This document shows positions 1 to 13,400 of a stretch of 64,000 bases of DNA, in pieces. Numbering within the stretch: position 1 is the first letter of the stretch; the number at the start of each line of letters is the position of its first letter. The stretch spans positions 3,472,001 through 3,536,000 of the forward strand of contig JAYWIR010000013.1 of the NCBI GenBank assembly GCA_036172245.1, given 5' to 3'. Under the pieces are notes generated by a model that saw nothing but the letters and a program-made list of their open reading frames with translations, made no database searches and was not told where the DNA came from. Made by a program: the position numbers and the translations under genes. Source of the DNA: Raillietiella orientalis. Taxonomy: Eukaryota.

Positions 1-20
1 CTGGTGGTGGGCTTGGTGTA

Positions 21-83
21 CGTGCAGCGTCGACTACACGTGTACTGTACGCCTGATGAATACCAAGGGAAACGTCGTGCACG
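21..83 (+). ncRNA. Degenerate type III hammerhead ribozyme motif
   Basis: GTC (29-31), CTGATGA (53-59) and GAAAC (69-73) occur in type III order. Stem III: cgtgca-gc-gt pairs with ac-gt-(cg bulge)-tgcacg. Stem I is partial (taca/tgta); stem II is disrupted. Confidence 0.4.
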
Positions 84-1302
84 CGGAAGACCAATTTAGG
101 AAATCATTCTGAGGGGGGGGAAAAAAAAAAAATGTGAGACGCGAAAGTAAAGAAATTTAGCAAAACAATTGCAGATAACGGAAAATATTGCGCAACCGAA
201 AACCGTTCGTGGACGTGCATGCGGAGGTTCTCTCTAAACGATTAAATAGGAGGGTCCGTAGGTTACGAGAAGATATACACTATCTGTTTTCAGAATCATC
301 GACCCAGGTCATTGTGGTGTGTTGGTACGTTTCGAGGTGATTCATGGGAGATTATTTTGAGGGATTCCAAGCAAGGCTGCCTTCGTTGTGGGCAGCCGAA
401 GCCACCCGGCGGTCACCTATGAAACCTATTTGTGGTACCTGCCACACCTTGCTTGGCCTTGGTCAGTGGGGATTTCCCCCTCCCCCCCCCCCCTTGCATT
501 TTGTCTCTGCCCCTTTACAGTTCATTAAGGAAATGAAATGGAAGTGAAATGAAACGTCTTTCGGGGAACTGCTTGTGAACGGAAACGAACAAGCGGTTAG
601 CAGCTCATCAGTTATTTTGCTCACGAAAGACAGGAAGGGGGGGGGGGATGGCTGACCGAAATGTAAAAAAAAAAAAAAAACTTTTATTATTATTATTATT
701 TTTATATTTTTTTTTTCAAAACAGATGGCCAGTAGTGGACTTCATTATCATGTGCTTTCGGTGCGTTTGGTTTCTGGGCACGTATTCTGAGCTTTCGTTT
801 GATGGTTACGTTAAAAAATGACTTTCTGCTTCTTATAATGTGTCAGATGAAAGAGTGAATCCAATCCCATACACGTTAAGTGTTCAAGTGCGTGCGTTCC
901 TCTCCAGTGTTGCTCGTTGCACTGCCTTCGTGAAAGGGTTGGATTCATTATTTCGACGAGTGAGGAAAGGCACTCTTGGCTCGTGCGGCAGTATAAGGCA
1001 TCGACTCGACAAAGAGCAGCCTGGACACGGAAGAACCCCAAGCTGGAACGGAGGTTCTGCTTCCGGGCGCGGCACACATCCTGCACAGCACGCGGCACAC
1101 TTGGGCCGTGCGCGTAATTCCTAGTTTCACCCACTCCCTAATCTGCACCGGCATCGATTAGTTCAAAACACTTATCGCAGCACGAAGTTATTTCACAGAT
1201 ACGTTATCTAATAAAGCTACATGTATTCCTGCAATTGGTACATCACATCGGGTTCACCAAGATGGTGAGTGATGATACCACCAGGACGGTGGTAGTGGCA
1301 TT

Positions 1303-1569
1303 TCATCGAAGCCTTCTCTTAGGGAAATGGTGCCACCCCAGGTTAAAAGTTTCGAGGCTCCAACTCGTAAAGGCGTGATTCGGAGAGGGATCCAATCTTC
1401 GGGAGTCGGGCTGAAACAGAATACTCAGTGCTCCAGAGCGGACTCCAGAGCCTGTGATCACAACCTTTTCGAATCTGTAGTATGCTTCCGGTTCACTTTG
1501 CCTGCAGACGAGCTCAGCTTTTTCGAGTGTTTCATTTTTAACTTTCAAGTGCCCATTCTGTGATTTCAT
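1303..1569 (-). mobile_element. Possible decayed LINE (RTE-like) fragment
   Basis: LKVKNETLEKAELVC...AYYRFEKV...HAFTSWSL weakly resembles the RT C-terminal thumb region. Confidence 0.2.
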
Positions 1570-3229
1570 GATGGCGACAAAAATGGTTCCATCTCATGTT
1601 GCCTTCCGTAGATCACTGCAAAAGCAGAATCTTATCAAACAACAGACGATCATTAATGAATAGTTGAATGTGAGCTAGGGGATCTCTGTGGAAATCAATT
1701 CAAGAACGGATTTTTGAAGCTTGTGTCTGTCGCCGGAATCGTGTCTCGAATAATAGAAGAAGAAAAAAAAATGCATTGTCCATACATTTAAAGTGACAAG
1801 CATGATGCTTCTCCTTAAGCTGGGGCATCTCGTTTAGCTTTACATGAATGAAACGAAAATTTGTGCAAATTTCCCCAAGTGACGCTTTCTATACTGAGCA
1901 CTTTGAAATGGCTGTTGTCTTTTTTTGTTCTCATGCTGTGTGTGTTATCTGATTACTTGAAAAAACGCATGTTTTGATTTTTCTAGACAAACATAGGAAG
2001 GGAAAAAAATCCCCACAGCAATAAATAGTCCTTCGCTCCTTATCTGATGGAAGGATGCTGGCTGGAAAACCGGTGGAAAAAATGGACTTGTCAAATAAGA
2101 ACAGGGAATTGATGAACTGGAATGCAAACCGATTAGTGTTGGGGATGAAGAATATGACAGCACGAAATGACCGCGCCAAAAGTGCATTGGTATTCGTGAA
2201 AAACGTGATTTCCCAAAATTCCTGTAAAAGTGGTCGGGTGGGAAGGACTGCTCATGATTTTAAAGCTCTGAAAGATTCTAATGATGTTTCGCAAATGCTA
2301 ATAGAGCACCTGTGAGGCGACGCAGAGCTCAGCTGTTCGTTGTTTAAAGCACGCACAAGTATTTTTGTTGTGTATTTTTCTACGTTCAGCTCATTTGGGC
2401 TGAAAGAAATTCCACTTTATTGGCGATTTTTCGAGTAACTGAAACAAACCTTTCAAGTTGTTTCTTCTAAAGAAATGAATGCATGGAAAGAACATTCTTG
2501 GAAACACGCTTCAAGACAAGGAAAGACATGCTCTTATATTATGTATTTTAAAAAACAAATCAACTTCGAAAGCAAGGGAGCATGTTTTATTATTCCGAGA
2601 GCAAAAATTTCACACGCCAACAGGAATTATGTGGGCTTTTTAAAGACCTTTATTTGGCAAAATTCAGATGCACAAGTGATTTGTGCAATTGTAAAAACGA
2701 TTCAGAATGTATGTGACAGAAGAAAGTGGCACGAAGCACACTGGAAATTCACTTCATCCTTTTACAGCCATTCTCGATACAAGCGTCGTCGTCATTATTT
2801 ATATGTGGACTGAGAGATGAACCTTTCTTGGTTTTATCTGGACGGTAATAGTCATCATAACTTTGTTCGTATTATCAGAAACAGTAACGGTGAAACCGCA
2901 GCATTTTATTTTATTTTTTTTATTGTGCTGTTGGCGCCACTGAATATGGAAACGAATTTGGCACGTTTTCTGGGCTGTTTCTTCGTTTCGCCGTCGATGC
3001 AAACGTGGACGTCAGCTTCAGCAATTGGTGAATTCCTTTATTCATGCATAAAACGCTTCAAGCTATTTATTCCAAGATGTTGAAGAGTAAGTTTGGGGAA
3101 GAGAAACTGCACGACCTTCAATAGTCTTTCTCAAGTGATGTGTACGGCACCATCACAAGATAGGGTTGAAGCAACTGGTGTGTGCTACGCTCATCGGAAC
3201 GAAAATCACACACCTGAGTCATCGAATTC

Positions 3230-3257
3230 GTGTGTATGTGTGTGTGTGTGTGTGTGT
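3230..3257 (+). repeat. (GT)n microsatellite
   Basis: Visible directly, with one interruption. Confidence 0.95.
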
Positions 3258-4257
3258 ATTTTTGGTTCTGATGACTGCGATTTCTCCACTTGCGTGATCA
3301 GTAGCAATCGCATCCAACTTCAAACTGGCACCGGTGAACGCCACTTCCCCGGAAGAAATTATGCACAGGAGCTACGTGAAGGAAAGCTGCAGCCAAAGCG
3401 CCGCAGAGGAATGCTTTATGAAATGCTAAGGCAAAAGATTACTTTCGCATTGAGATCTCCTGCGAAACGTGAGGACTATCTTTTCTTTTTTTTTTCCCCC
3501 GTCCGTTTTTCTTTTCCTTTCTCTCTCTTTTTTTTTTTTTCTCTTTCCATTTTGGGTTGCGCTGCACGGAGATGCGTACCCATCCTTATCAACACGTCTA
3601 CAAATCCTGAAGGAATATTGGTGTTTATCTGATGCCACCTGCAACCTCTTGTCGGGCTCTCTCGTGTGTGGAATCGGGAATCCAAGGGCCGAGTTGAGCT
3701 GCGGAAACGATCCGGGCTCGTTTCGGCAGCAGGACGGTAGTCAGCGAGGTCACGACTTCACTTCAAGAAACACCACTGCACGTGCAAATGGACACACCAC
3801 CGGGCGTTTCCCAGTTTTTGAGAGAACTCGGGCCACGCTGCCTTCCGAATTCTAACCACTTCCGATGCAGGCGTCATTCCAGAATCCGGATGGTGCCCTG
3901 GGCTCCATCATCTTTGCTTCTTTGCGTAATCCTTCCGAAACATCCTGTTCGGTGAAAGCATCCTTGATACGCGAGCGCTGGTCAGCCTTCTGGGCATATA
4001 CCTACCAACTGCGTCACGTACACATCAGGGCATGCTGTACCTAACATACAGTTGGGTTTCTACGATTTTTCGCCAAGGCTCGATGCGAATGTTCAACCGA
4101 ATGATGAATTGGAATCGTGGCCCATCTCGCCAGATGATTACGGTTTGCACGCACTCGCATAAATAGCTTGTTCTTTATACATCCCAATTATTAAAAATTA
4201 AGTTATTCTTTTGTATTCAGCCATTAAGTTCAACCTTCGACTCTCTCGATACAAAAT

Positions 4258-7200
4258 TCACTTAGGTTTGGTTTCCTGGTCAGTAACATAACGTATGAAA
4301 ACACTATCTTCTAGCTGATTGTCTGCTTCAATTTCTTTTTCATGCAAAAAGGAGACACCAATTGCTAATACAGAACCATCGTGGCTAAAACTAAGACTGG
4401 AAATGCTAGTATGGTATTTATGAAATTGACATAATCGTTTCTTGTTGAATCCATCCCAAATATTAACGTAACCATCTGAGCCTCCAGTTGCAAACGTGTT
4501 GTATGTATTATGGAAACTGAATAATAATTAAGGAAAAAACACCTGATAGCAATCCATACCTGATAGCATTCACTGGAAACACTTTCTCGTTTCCATCCTC
4601 CTTAATTCGATGGCACTTAAAAGCATACTTCTTCTTTTGGACTTCTGGGCTAGGATCCAAATATTCTACTGCAACCCGTCCCTCAATGGAGCTCAAAACA
4701 TAACCCTTTGGAAAGTTATTTTTTCTAACATAAATTCCACAAATTCTCACTTGTCTATTTGGGAAGCAACGAATGCATCGTGTCTGAAATTTTAAACTAG
4801 AATCTCGTTTTTGCATGGGGTAAGCAAGATTATTGAGATCCCAAATGTACACTCTTCGTTTGGCTGTTCCCACTACCAGCTTGTCTCCACTTAAGCCCAT
4901 GGTATAGACCTTCACCCTTCAGTGTGATTAATCAATTGAGGAAACAAAAACTTTACTCTTTCAGGTTGACTGAGATTTCCTAACTGCGTATTTGATCTTG
5001 GGTCCCACAATTTTACAGTAGCATCCCAGCTGCCTGTTATGACACAATTTTTTTCTGATGAAAACTCAACGCATTTTATGGGCTTTTCATGAGTTCCTAC
5101 AACTAATTCTAAAAAGGAGAAAAAAAAAAAACATGCATTTGTGACAAGTTCACACCATACTTCTGGATTCACTTTTCTCATAATTAAATGGTGTTTGTGA
5201 AAGTAATAAGCATCAATTCAACACATATTCAACTAAATGATTCACCATTATTTGACTAGCTCTATATGATGGCTCGATATTTCGCTCGTTGATTTTAATT
5301 ATTACTTGTGCTTAATGAATGATTTTTTTTTCGACCAGTAATTAACATTAACACTGATACATGTAGAAAACAAAATACACGGAACATGCACATTTCAGTA
5401 ACAAGGCATGTGAAATGAATTTAAATGTATCATGCATGCTTATATTTGTCTTTCAAAAAGAATGAAATAAAGATCATCCCTTTATAACAGCTTGCTAGGT
5501 GCCATGCTATTTGGGCCAACATTTATGCAAGAATCATGACACTCTTTTCTTAAACTAAGCAGTTAAATATTGTACCAATCTTATGATCAAGTTGCTCATG
5601 TTTTCTAGCAGTCTTTCTTTAATTTCATTACAGTTGCGTTTAAGGACTTATGGGATAGATTAACAAAAAGACATCGTGGGAAACTAAAGTAGGAAACTAC
5701 AAACAAAAGTGATAAGGGAAATAAATTACTGTTAACAAGAATTATTAATGTTTTTCCACTGCTGTTATTTTATTCACTTGTCCTTAGCAATCTAGGCAAC
5801 TAATCTGATGCTCTACCTGTGCAATGTTTGTTTGGTTATAACTTTACATTCTCATGACCCCAAGGATACCTTGGGTTTTAGTAGTAGTTGATTTCATGCA
5901 TTGTTTATTTTGCTCCCTTTGCTCAGTTAATGGGATAATTAGTACCATTAAATGAGTTCTTTGGATGTCTATTAATTTTGGGGAATTGATATAAACACAA
6001 AGCTATCAGTTTAGAGTGATTATGCCTTAAAATAATTGACCTAATATCAGTGCTAAAATGTGGATAGAAAAATAGAGGGTAAAAATAGAAACAATAAAAA
6101 AAAGCAGGCATTTCAAAAAACATGCAATAAGTTTGGATGCATAGATTAATGCATACACAATCACTAAACCAGAAATAAATATGAATACATACTTAAATTA
6201 ACAAAACAGGAATCACGTATATGCTTGAGATTAGTTGATTGAATATAAATTAGTTGTGAGAATCACAGACCACTATAATTATCGACATCATTTGGTGGAT
6301 TAACATAAATAAATGCTTACAAATGGGAGAACAAAGGTACTCAGAAAATCTCAGGATATACACAAATCATTAGAGAATAAAAATGTCAAATCTCAGGGCA
6401 CTCAATGCATGGGTATGATCAGAAAAGTGTAAAAAAGAACGAAAGATTGAAAAAGTCCTTTCTCTGGGTAATTCGTGCGTAAGGCATTGCAAAATTCAGG
6501 GTTCATAGGCAGGTGATCTTCAGTCATCAGATTAATTACAGTATTCATAAAGCAATACATTGCATGAGAACATAATTCGTAGTCTACAAAAATGTGTATT
6601 CTACAAGGTTGTCGTAATTTCTTCAATGTATCTCTTGTTTTTGTATCTGATTTTCATGATTCTTTTGTTTGTACAAATACCCTTTGTTTCTACAAATGTT
6701 TAATTATTTTTCTCATATTGAGTCTCCAACAACTGAATGATGGGGGAGGGGGACATTTTCTGATGGAAACTTCTACTGTGCTCATCATTTCATCAATCAT
6801 GCTGAGGTTTGTTAGTGACAACAAATGGATGAATGTGGAGAACCCATGTTCAAACACTCTATATCCCCACAATGTGCATATTTGTAGGTTTCTGACAATG
6901 CGCCCATTCTCTAAAAATTGACAGGATCTAAGCTGGGAAGAATGGGATAACAAAAGTTTCAAAAATGAAATTCTGTTTAGTGTAAACTATGGAAGGAAAG
7001 AAAAAAAATATTTTCAGAGAAAATACAACAAAAACGCGAACAAATCTACATAGTTATATGCCAGCATTTATTCAAATGAATTTCATGTTTCAAGTAAACT
7101 AATATCAGCCAGTGTTTCACATTGATTAACACTGGACTCATGCAAACTTTCTATGAAGCCCTCCTATCATACAATACAGAATACAACATCATACGGATTT

Positions 7201-8871
7201 TTCCAGAAATTATACCCAAATAGGGTCAATGGACAAGCACACAATTTTCTTCAGGGATATTAAGATTTGCCTGTTTCTAAACATCTCTAAGAATTTCTAA
7301 GAATACATGTTTCCACTGATCTCCAAAATTAAATGCCACAAAATGAAATCATCTACAAGCTTTGAATGCACATCAAGCAACTAACAGCCTGTTCATGGGA
7401 TCAACTGAAATATCTGCTAGGCTTTTTTAAATCTTATGCAACAAATCAAAAATTTCACTCTCATATTCCTACTGCACAATTTAGTTATCTGCACAGAAAT
7501 AGAAGGGCTGGAAGTTGATGGGGAACAGCATTCTTGTCAAAAGCCTAATCTCAGAAACCACTTCCACTTTTTGAACTTTCAACTTGTACCATGATAATTC
7601 TCACTGTTAGATGAGATCCTGAATAAACAACATAATGATTTATAATACTGTTAATTTCAAGATAATAATAATGTTGGAAAAGAATATAGGTTGCTTCACT
7701 TACTTTCTAATCTTGAGCATTATTTTACTGTGACTGGAAATTGAATTTGAATTCAATTTGAAATGTTTAAATTCAAAATTCTAAGCAACTGCTATCATTG
7801 AACACTTAAGATTAACAAACCTTTGGTAAGAATTATTTCTTTTCTTTAAATACTTATTAAGTAACTACCATTTTTTTTTACATTGTTTTGTATCAGTGGC
7901 CTCGGTTCAGTTCTTAAAACTGCTTACATGGTTTTGTTAGCAATGCATTTCTAGCAAAACGTGGCAAAAATTTTAAAAAATGGTAATTTCTTGATCCCTT
8001 AAAGTTAAGTACTGTGCTTCAGACAAACTTAAACTATCTCATGCTAAAAATATGGTTCATAATAATATATTTCTAAGAACATATTCATACACATATTCAA
8101 CCATAGAGATTTCATTATGCTAACAAAACTCACCGGAATTTGTATTGAGGTCATATATTTTCAGCTGACAATCAAGTCCACCACTGAAAGCATGTACAGC
8201 ATCCTGAAATTTTTATCAATGTACATCAGTTGGATTGAAATTTTTGACATTGATGAGCCTTGATTAAACGTTACAAGAGCGCAAAACAATCAAAAGTAAA
8301 CTTCTGCATGTTCAATTAACCATTAGAATGTTATAGGTGTTGTCCAAAAATATTTCATATCAGTAAAGTTAGTTGACAGAGAAAACGCTTTGGGCAAAAA
8401 ACCCTTACATTTGCAAATAGATGAACAAAACTATGAAAATAAGCTACACTAAGGAATGAAATTACTTTTCCTTTCTTTTTCTGACATGACAAAATGCAAC
8501 TTTATAATTATACTCATGCTTGTTACATCAGATTTCAAAATAGCCATTTAAAAAGTTGGAAGAGCTTCCTATTTTGAGTTTCCCTTGTTTTGAATCCCAT
8601 GAGTTTTTTGTTTACAAAAAAATGGTAACTCTAAGCAGGCATTTGAGACACATCTTCAGAGGCTCAATACCTGAAAGCAACAATCCAAAACTGGGCCATT
8701 GTGGGCATATTTCACTCGTAACGTATTGTTAATAACATCATACATTCGCACGCACGAATCCCACGAAGAAACAAGCAAGAACTGCGACGAATTTGGCCCA
8801 AACTTTACTGAGGATATGCCATCCGTTGGAGGACTTTTCAGTTTAAATTCTGTCCTTGGTGGCTCGTTCAT
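4258..8871 (-). CDS. BUB3: Mitotic checkpoint protein BUB3 (WD40), 6 coding exons, 328 aa
   Basis: Exons (minus): 8871-8671, 8203-8134, 5108-4957, 4909-4751, 4705-4560, 4516-4258. All introns are GT-AG and phase-consistent; the total is 987 nt. The translation carries BUB3 hallmarks: [81 protein letters not shown]. Confidence 0.97.
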
Positions 8872-9460
8872 TTTCTTGTCGGGGTTGTCTATATTTTCAA
8901 TGTCATTGGATAATGTCAGCAAATGTCAAGTTATTATTATTTACACTGTGGAGAACTCTAGACTGAAATTTTCCCCAATAACCCAACAGAAGCTCACGGT
9001 TATGAACGTTTCAAGCAATGCCGCATAATGCAGGGTAGCCTCTTACTAACATTTAGATCAGTGTTATAATAAAACGATAGGACCGTGGAAACTTGCATCG
9101 CATTTCAAAATAAAAAGACACTACAATTTTAAAAAGAATAGAAACTGCACTCGTGATATCTCTTATTAGCATAAGCTTATCAACTAAACTGTCGTCGTTA
9201 TCATACTGACCAATAAGCACCAATAGTTTAAATGCTCAATAGGCGAAAGATCTTAGAATGTTCTGTAAACCACCAAAAAACGATGATTATAGCAGCTTTC
9301 CGATTAAACAGCGAAATCTCACAAATGGAATCAGTATCGAATTACATTTTCAGCAAATGTGCATACAATAATTAATTTTAGAACATACGTACTAATACAA
9401 CCAGGCTATTAAGGATCTTTAAAGACGCTCGAAATTTTGAAATACTTTTCGATTCACATT
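8872..9460 (-). promoter_or_regulatory. Probable BUB3 promoter / 5' UTR region
   Basis: Local pocket of retained CpGs between two CpG-poor blocks. Acceptor-like gctgac...atatag ends at 8889, just before the ATG at 8871. Confidence 0.35.
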
Positions 9461-10417
9461 TTGTTTTTTGAGTTACTTCCACTGTAGGACATTCTATAAC
9501 TCAAGTGTGATGAGCCTTAGTCTGAAGGAGATGAGTTTATGATGTGAGAAAGTAATTGGATACCTCCTATAACCTGTAATCATGAAACTCTATACATAAA
9601 AAATGGCCATCAATTTCTGTAAAAACAGAAATACAGAGCTGTGAAAATTTTCTAGGAGGTAAAGAGGGTCACAGTGCAAACTAGTGAATGCATGTAGTCA
9701 TGATCATAATCATTTCTCTTGAAATCAGAGGGTTTTGCAGACCCCGAAAGAAAGTGGAATTAAGAATAGTGTTTCATTCAATACATTAGTTATTATTTTA
9801 ACATCTTTATTAAGAATTGATAATTTTCTATGAAGAGGTTACAAGATGAGAATAAGATGAATGTTACAAGGCTAGAGAGAGAAGAAGAATACAGATAACT
9901 CCCTTTTAGTAAGAAATGGCACTAGCTTTAACTGTATCGATAGTAGAAAACAATAGATACGATGTACACTGAAGAAAATTCCTTATACATTTAGGCTTTA
10001 TTCAAAAAAAACCATATGTCTATGACCGAGTATCCTTAAAGTACTGAAAGCAAAAACATTTCAAAAATGTCACAGAATTATCTAAAAATGAGGTTCTGAA
10101 ATTCATCATTATGTAGAAGCAGATCACCATATTGTAAGGAAAAACGCGGAAGAGAGGAAGAGAACCTATAAATTAAAAAGGAAAAAATTCAAAGGTGAGC
10201 ATTAACATGATTTCTGCACGCTTAAGGGGATGTTTGAGTAGTGCAGAAATTAGAAAATTTGAAACATTGAGACTTCACTTAAAATGGAATACCCATAGTG
10301 AGACAACCCAATGAAAAAAATTTTTGGCGTGGAGATAATGAAACCAAAATACTTTTACTTTTCATCATTAAATATATCAGAGAATATTTAAATATTCCAT
10401 GTGGAAAACTACAGATC

Positions 10418-10421
<4 letters not shown>

Positions 10422-10449
<28 letters not shown>
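10422..10449 (+). repeat. Poly(A) tract, 28 nt
   Basis: Visible directly. Confidence 0.95.
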
Positions 10450-10451
<2 letters not shown>

Positions 10452-13400
10452 CACGTCTCAACTGATGACGACGAGATGACAAGTCTCCTGAGCTCGAGTT
10501 CAACGGTTTTAAAGAATGATTTTTTTTGCAGCTGTTTCGGAAATTATGACTTATAGTTCATCTTTCATGGGATTTTTTTGTAAGAAATAACATTTTTTGT
10601 ATTGGTTGAGTTGCATAAAGGTTGCCCTCTCCCTCTTTCGGATTTATTAAATTCATTTTGTTGTTACTATGAGCAGTCCCGTGTGTTTCCAGATAGAAAT
10701 GATCTCCAGTTTTTTCTGCAAATTTGGAAATTTTGTTCTTATTTTCAAATATTTAGAAAATGCAGTTCATTACTGATGTATTTTTCATTTTGGTGTTGTA
10801 ACCAAGATAGGCATTCATTTTTGTGGTTCTGGTGTTCCTTCACTTTCCGTTTTTTGTGGACTTGGGATTATTATTGCATGTCATAATTATCCCCGCTTCT
10901 TTTTTTTTTTTTTCCTCCTTTCCTTTAAGTGTGATGTCTCGATTGAATTAATTGTGAAACCCAGTTCATCGGGATGAAATCTCAGAAGTGAGGGGAAAAA
11001 TAACTTTTTCAAGATTCCTTTCGTCTGAAATTTTTTTTTAAATGATTCGCTTTTGACATCTTGACTTTTCCCCTCGGGGCGGCGGAGACTGATGCCGTAT
11101 AGTGAAATCCTGTATGATTTGGTAGTTTCTTCTATTCGGGAGTGGTCCAGCAGCTGGTGATTTTTACTGGCTCGATCCAAGGATTTGCTTTTCCGATTGT
11201 TTTCTGGCGCTCAACCAAAGGCCCCCGAAGTGCACGTTGCAGCCAGTTGTAGGTGAAGGGTTGACTGCGGAGTGGCGTGTGCTAAATTACGTTTCCGTTG
11301 CTTTAGGTAATTTTCCCAATGAGAAACAGTTATTACAAAGAAAAAAGAAACAGTCGATGGGACTAGCGTCCTAGACTAAAGGATTCCCCTTTACCACTCC
11401 CTATTTTTTAAAGATGAGACCTTGCTTTATTGGTACTTTTCATTTTGCTTTCTCAGAGTTCAAGCAGATAAGAACAAAGTAAAGCTTAATCGATGCAAAT
11501 AAACCTGAAAACAATTTGTGAAGGAACTCCAGAAGATAAAAGAGAAGGATTGGGAATTTCGCTTGGGGCTCAGGAAGTCCTAGGCCACGCTCTGATAGCA
11601 GCAACGTGTTTCTCGGTGACGTGGTGAAACTTTTTTTTCCAGAAGATCTGTTTTCCTGCAGCAGCCAGAATAGAGTGAAGAAGTGGTTCAAGCATAAACA
11701 GAACGGTCGTTTGCACTCTTGAAAAATGGAGCGAAGGTGAGCGACGTCCGTCTACGAGATAGAGAAACATTGGTGCAGGCATTCCGCATGTGCATCTCAC
11801 ATCCGTCGGCCATTTGACACGCAAGGAGGTTGCAGCACGTCCTGCGAGGCGGCACGTGGGCTCCTGTGAATTCGGTGTGGCTACTTGTGCGTCAAGGGAG
11901 AGCTCTTCCTATCTAGATGACTTTATTTTCAACCTCATGGCGGCGGCTTCTCTGTAAACCCTCCGGCCATCCCTCGGGAGAACGGAAATGTCCCTCTTCG
12001 AAATCCGAGGAGGAAGTTTAATAGACATTTCGGTCGACATGGGTGTGAAATGGGCGACTTTAATCCGCAAAGGCGGACATGCTGTAACGCGATAGTGAAG
12101 ACGTGACACGACCTTTTCATCCATCTCCTTTTCCGAAGAGTTTGCTTCCAGGTCTTCCGTTACCAGCGTCAAATATCGGTTACTTGTGGAGCTTCGAGCA
12201 AGTGGCAGCTCTTCCAGGTATCTCTCGACGCGGGATTTCGCCTTTTGCGATTCCAATTGGAATTGATTATTGCAATCCCGTGTCAGCCCATGTAGGCAAT
12301 TATCCCCCCAGCGAATGAATCCATTACCCATTTAGGCAATTATCAGGTACACAGTTGGTCCCAAGGGGAGGAAACATCCGGTCTTCTTGTAGACATCGCG
12401 GTTCGTTTAGTTGTCCCGTCGTTTCCAGACGCTCTCTGCTTGGTGCGTGGGTGCGCGGCTCGACTCCGTGCAGCGCACGTGTGTTGCTCATGTTGTCCGT
12501 CATCGTGGTCATCCCTGGCTGCATCCCCGGAGCATTTTCTCTTCTTTTCCTGCAGAGATGGTCGCGGAAGGATAAACAGCAGTGGGCTCGTTAGCCATCG
12601 AACGGCTCCTTCCTTTCCCTGTCTGCGATGCCCGTCCACCCTTTGCGTGCACTCTCGCTCGCCACCGTAGAAGCGGGCGAAAGCGGCGGCCACCTTCTGC
12701 GGTGCGCTCGCCCTCGTGTTGTTCCCCTGCCCCCCGTCCCCTGGCGGACGTGCATTTGCTGGCACCCACGTAAGCCTTGCCGAAGGTCCCTTTTTTTCCC
12801 CCTCCATCCGTTCGACGATCTCCTCGTTCCTCTTCCCTTTGACCTCCCTCCTATTCGCGCTCGTTCCTCTTCCTGCTAGTGCGTCTCTGGCGAGCTGCTC
12901 TTCTACCCTGCCAAGGCAGATGCAGGGAACCTTCGAAAAAGAAAATGCTCGCTCATTTCGCCGCCGAGGTCTCCGCACACACTCCAGCATCCCATTATTG
13001 CCGTGGCTTCCAACGGAGGGGAGGAGGATAGGGGGGGACAGAGAATTCGAACCGGAACCACGATCGATTTTCGGAGAGAGAGCGAGGCTGTGGCCGCGGA
13101 CGCCCTCCGACTTTTCCGAGTCGGCGCTTCCTGAGCGCACTGATGAGACTTCCGCCCTCCTCCCTTCCCTTCCTGTGCGCGCACTTCCGCCGCTTTGCTC
13201 TCTCGCGTCTCGGAAGATCCCCTCTCCTCCATTGAGGCTTTTCCGACGGCGGAGCAAAGCCTTAATCACCAGAGCTCCTCCTGAGGGGACGTACCGCCGC
13301 CCTCGCAGCACCCTCTTGGAGGAGGAGGGGGAAGAGCAAAAGGAGAGAGGAAAAAAATAATAATTCCCCCTCCCCTATACATCTCTTCGACCTCTTCGGC

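Noticed and set aside
545..615. Minus-strand CTGATGA...GAAA with a long hairpin (hammerhead-like)
   Set aside because: Extra unpaired bases before GAAA and no valid stem I/III or cleavage triplet.
7090..7620. Faint RT-like words (FCADN, PYLG) in BUB3 intron 2
   Set aside because: Too degenerate and stop-riddled to call without a profile search.
12343..13311. 322-aa minus-strand ORF
   Set aside because: Arg/Gly-rich with no homology and no ATG start; the stronger splice signals here are on the plus strand.
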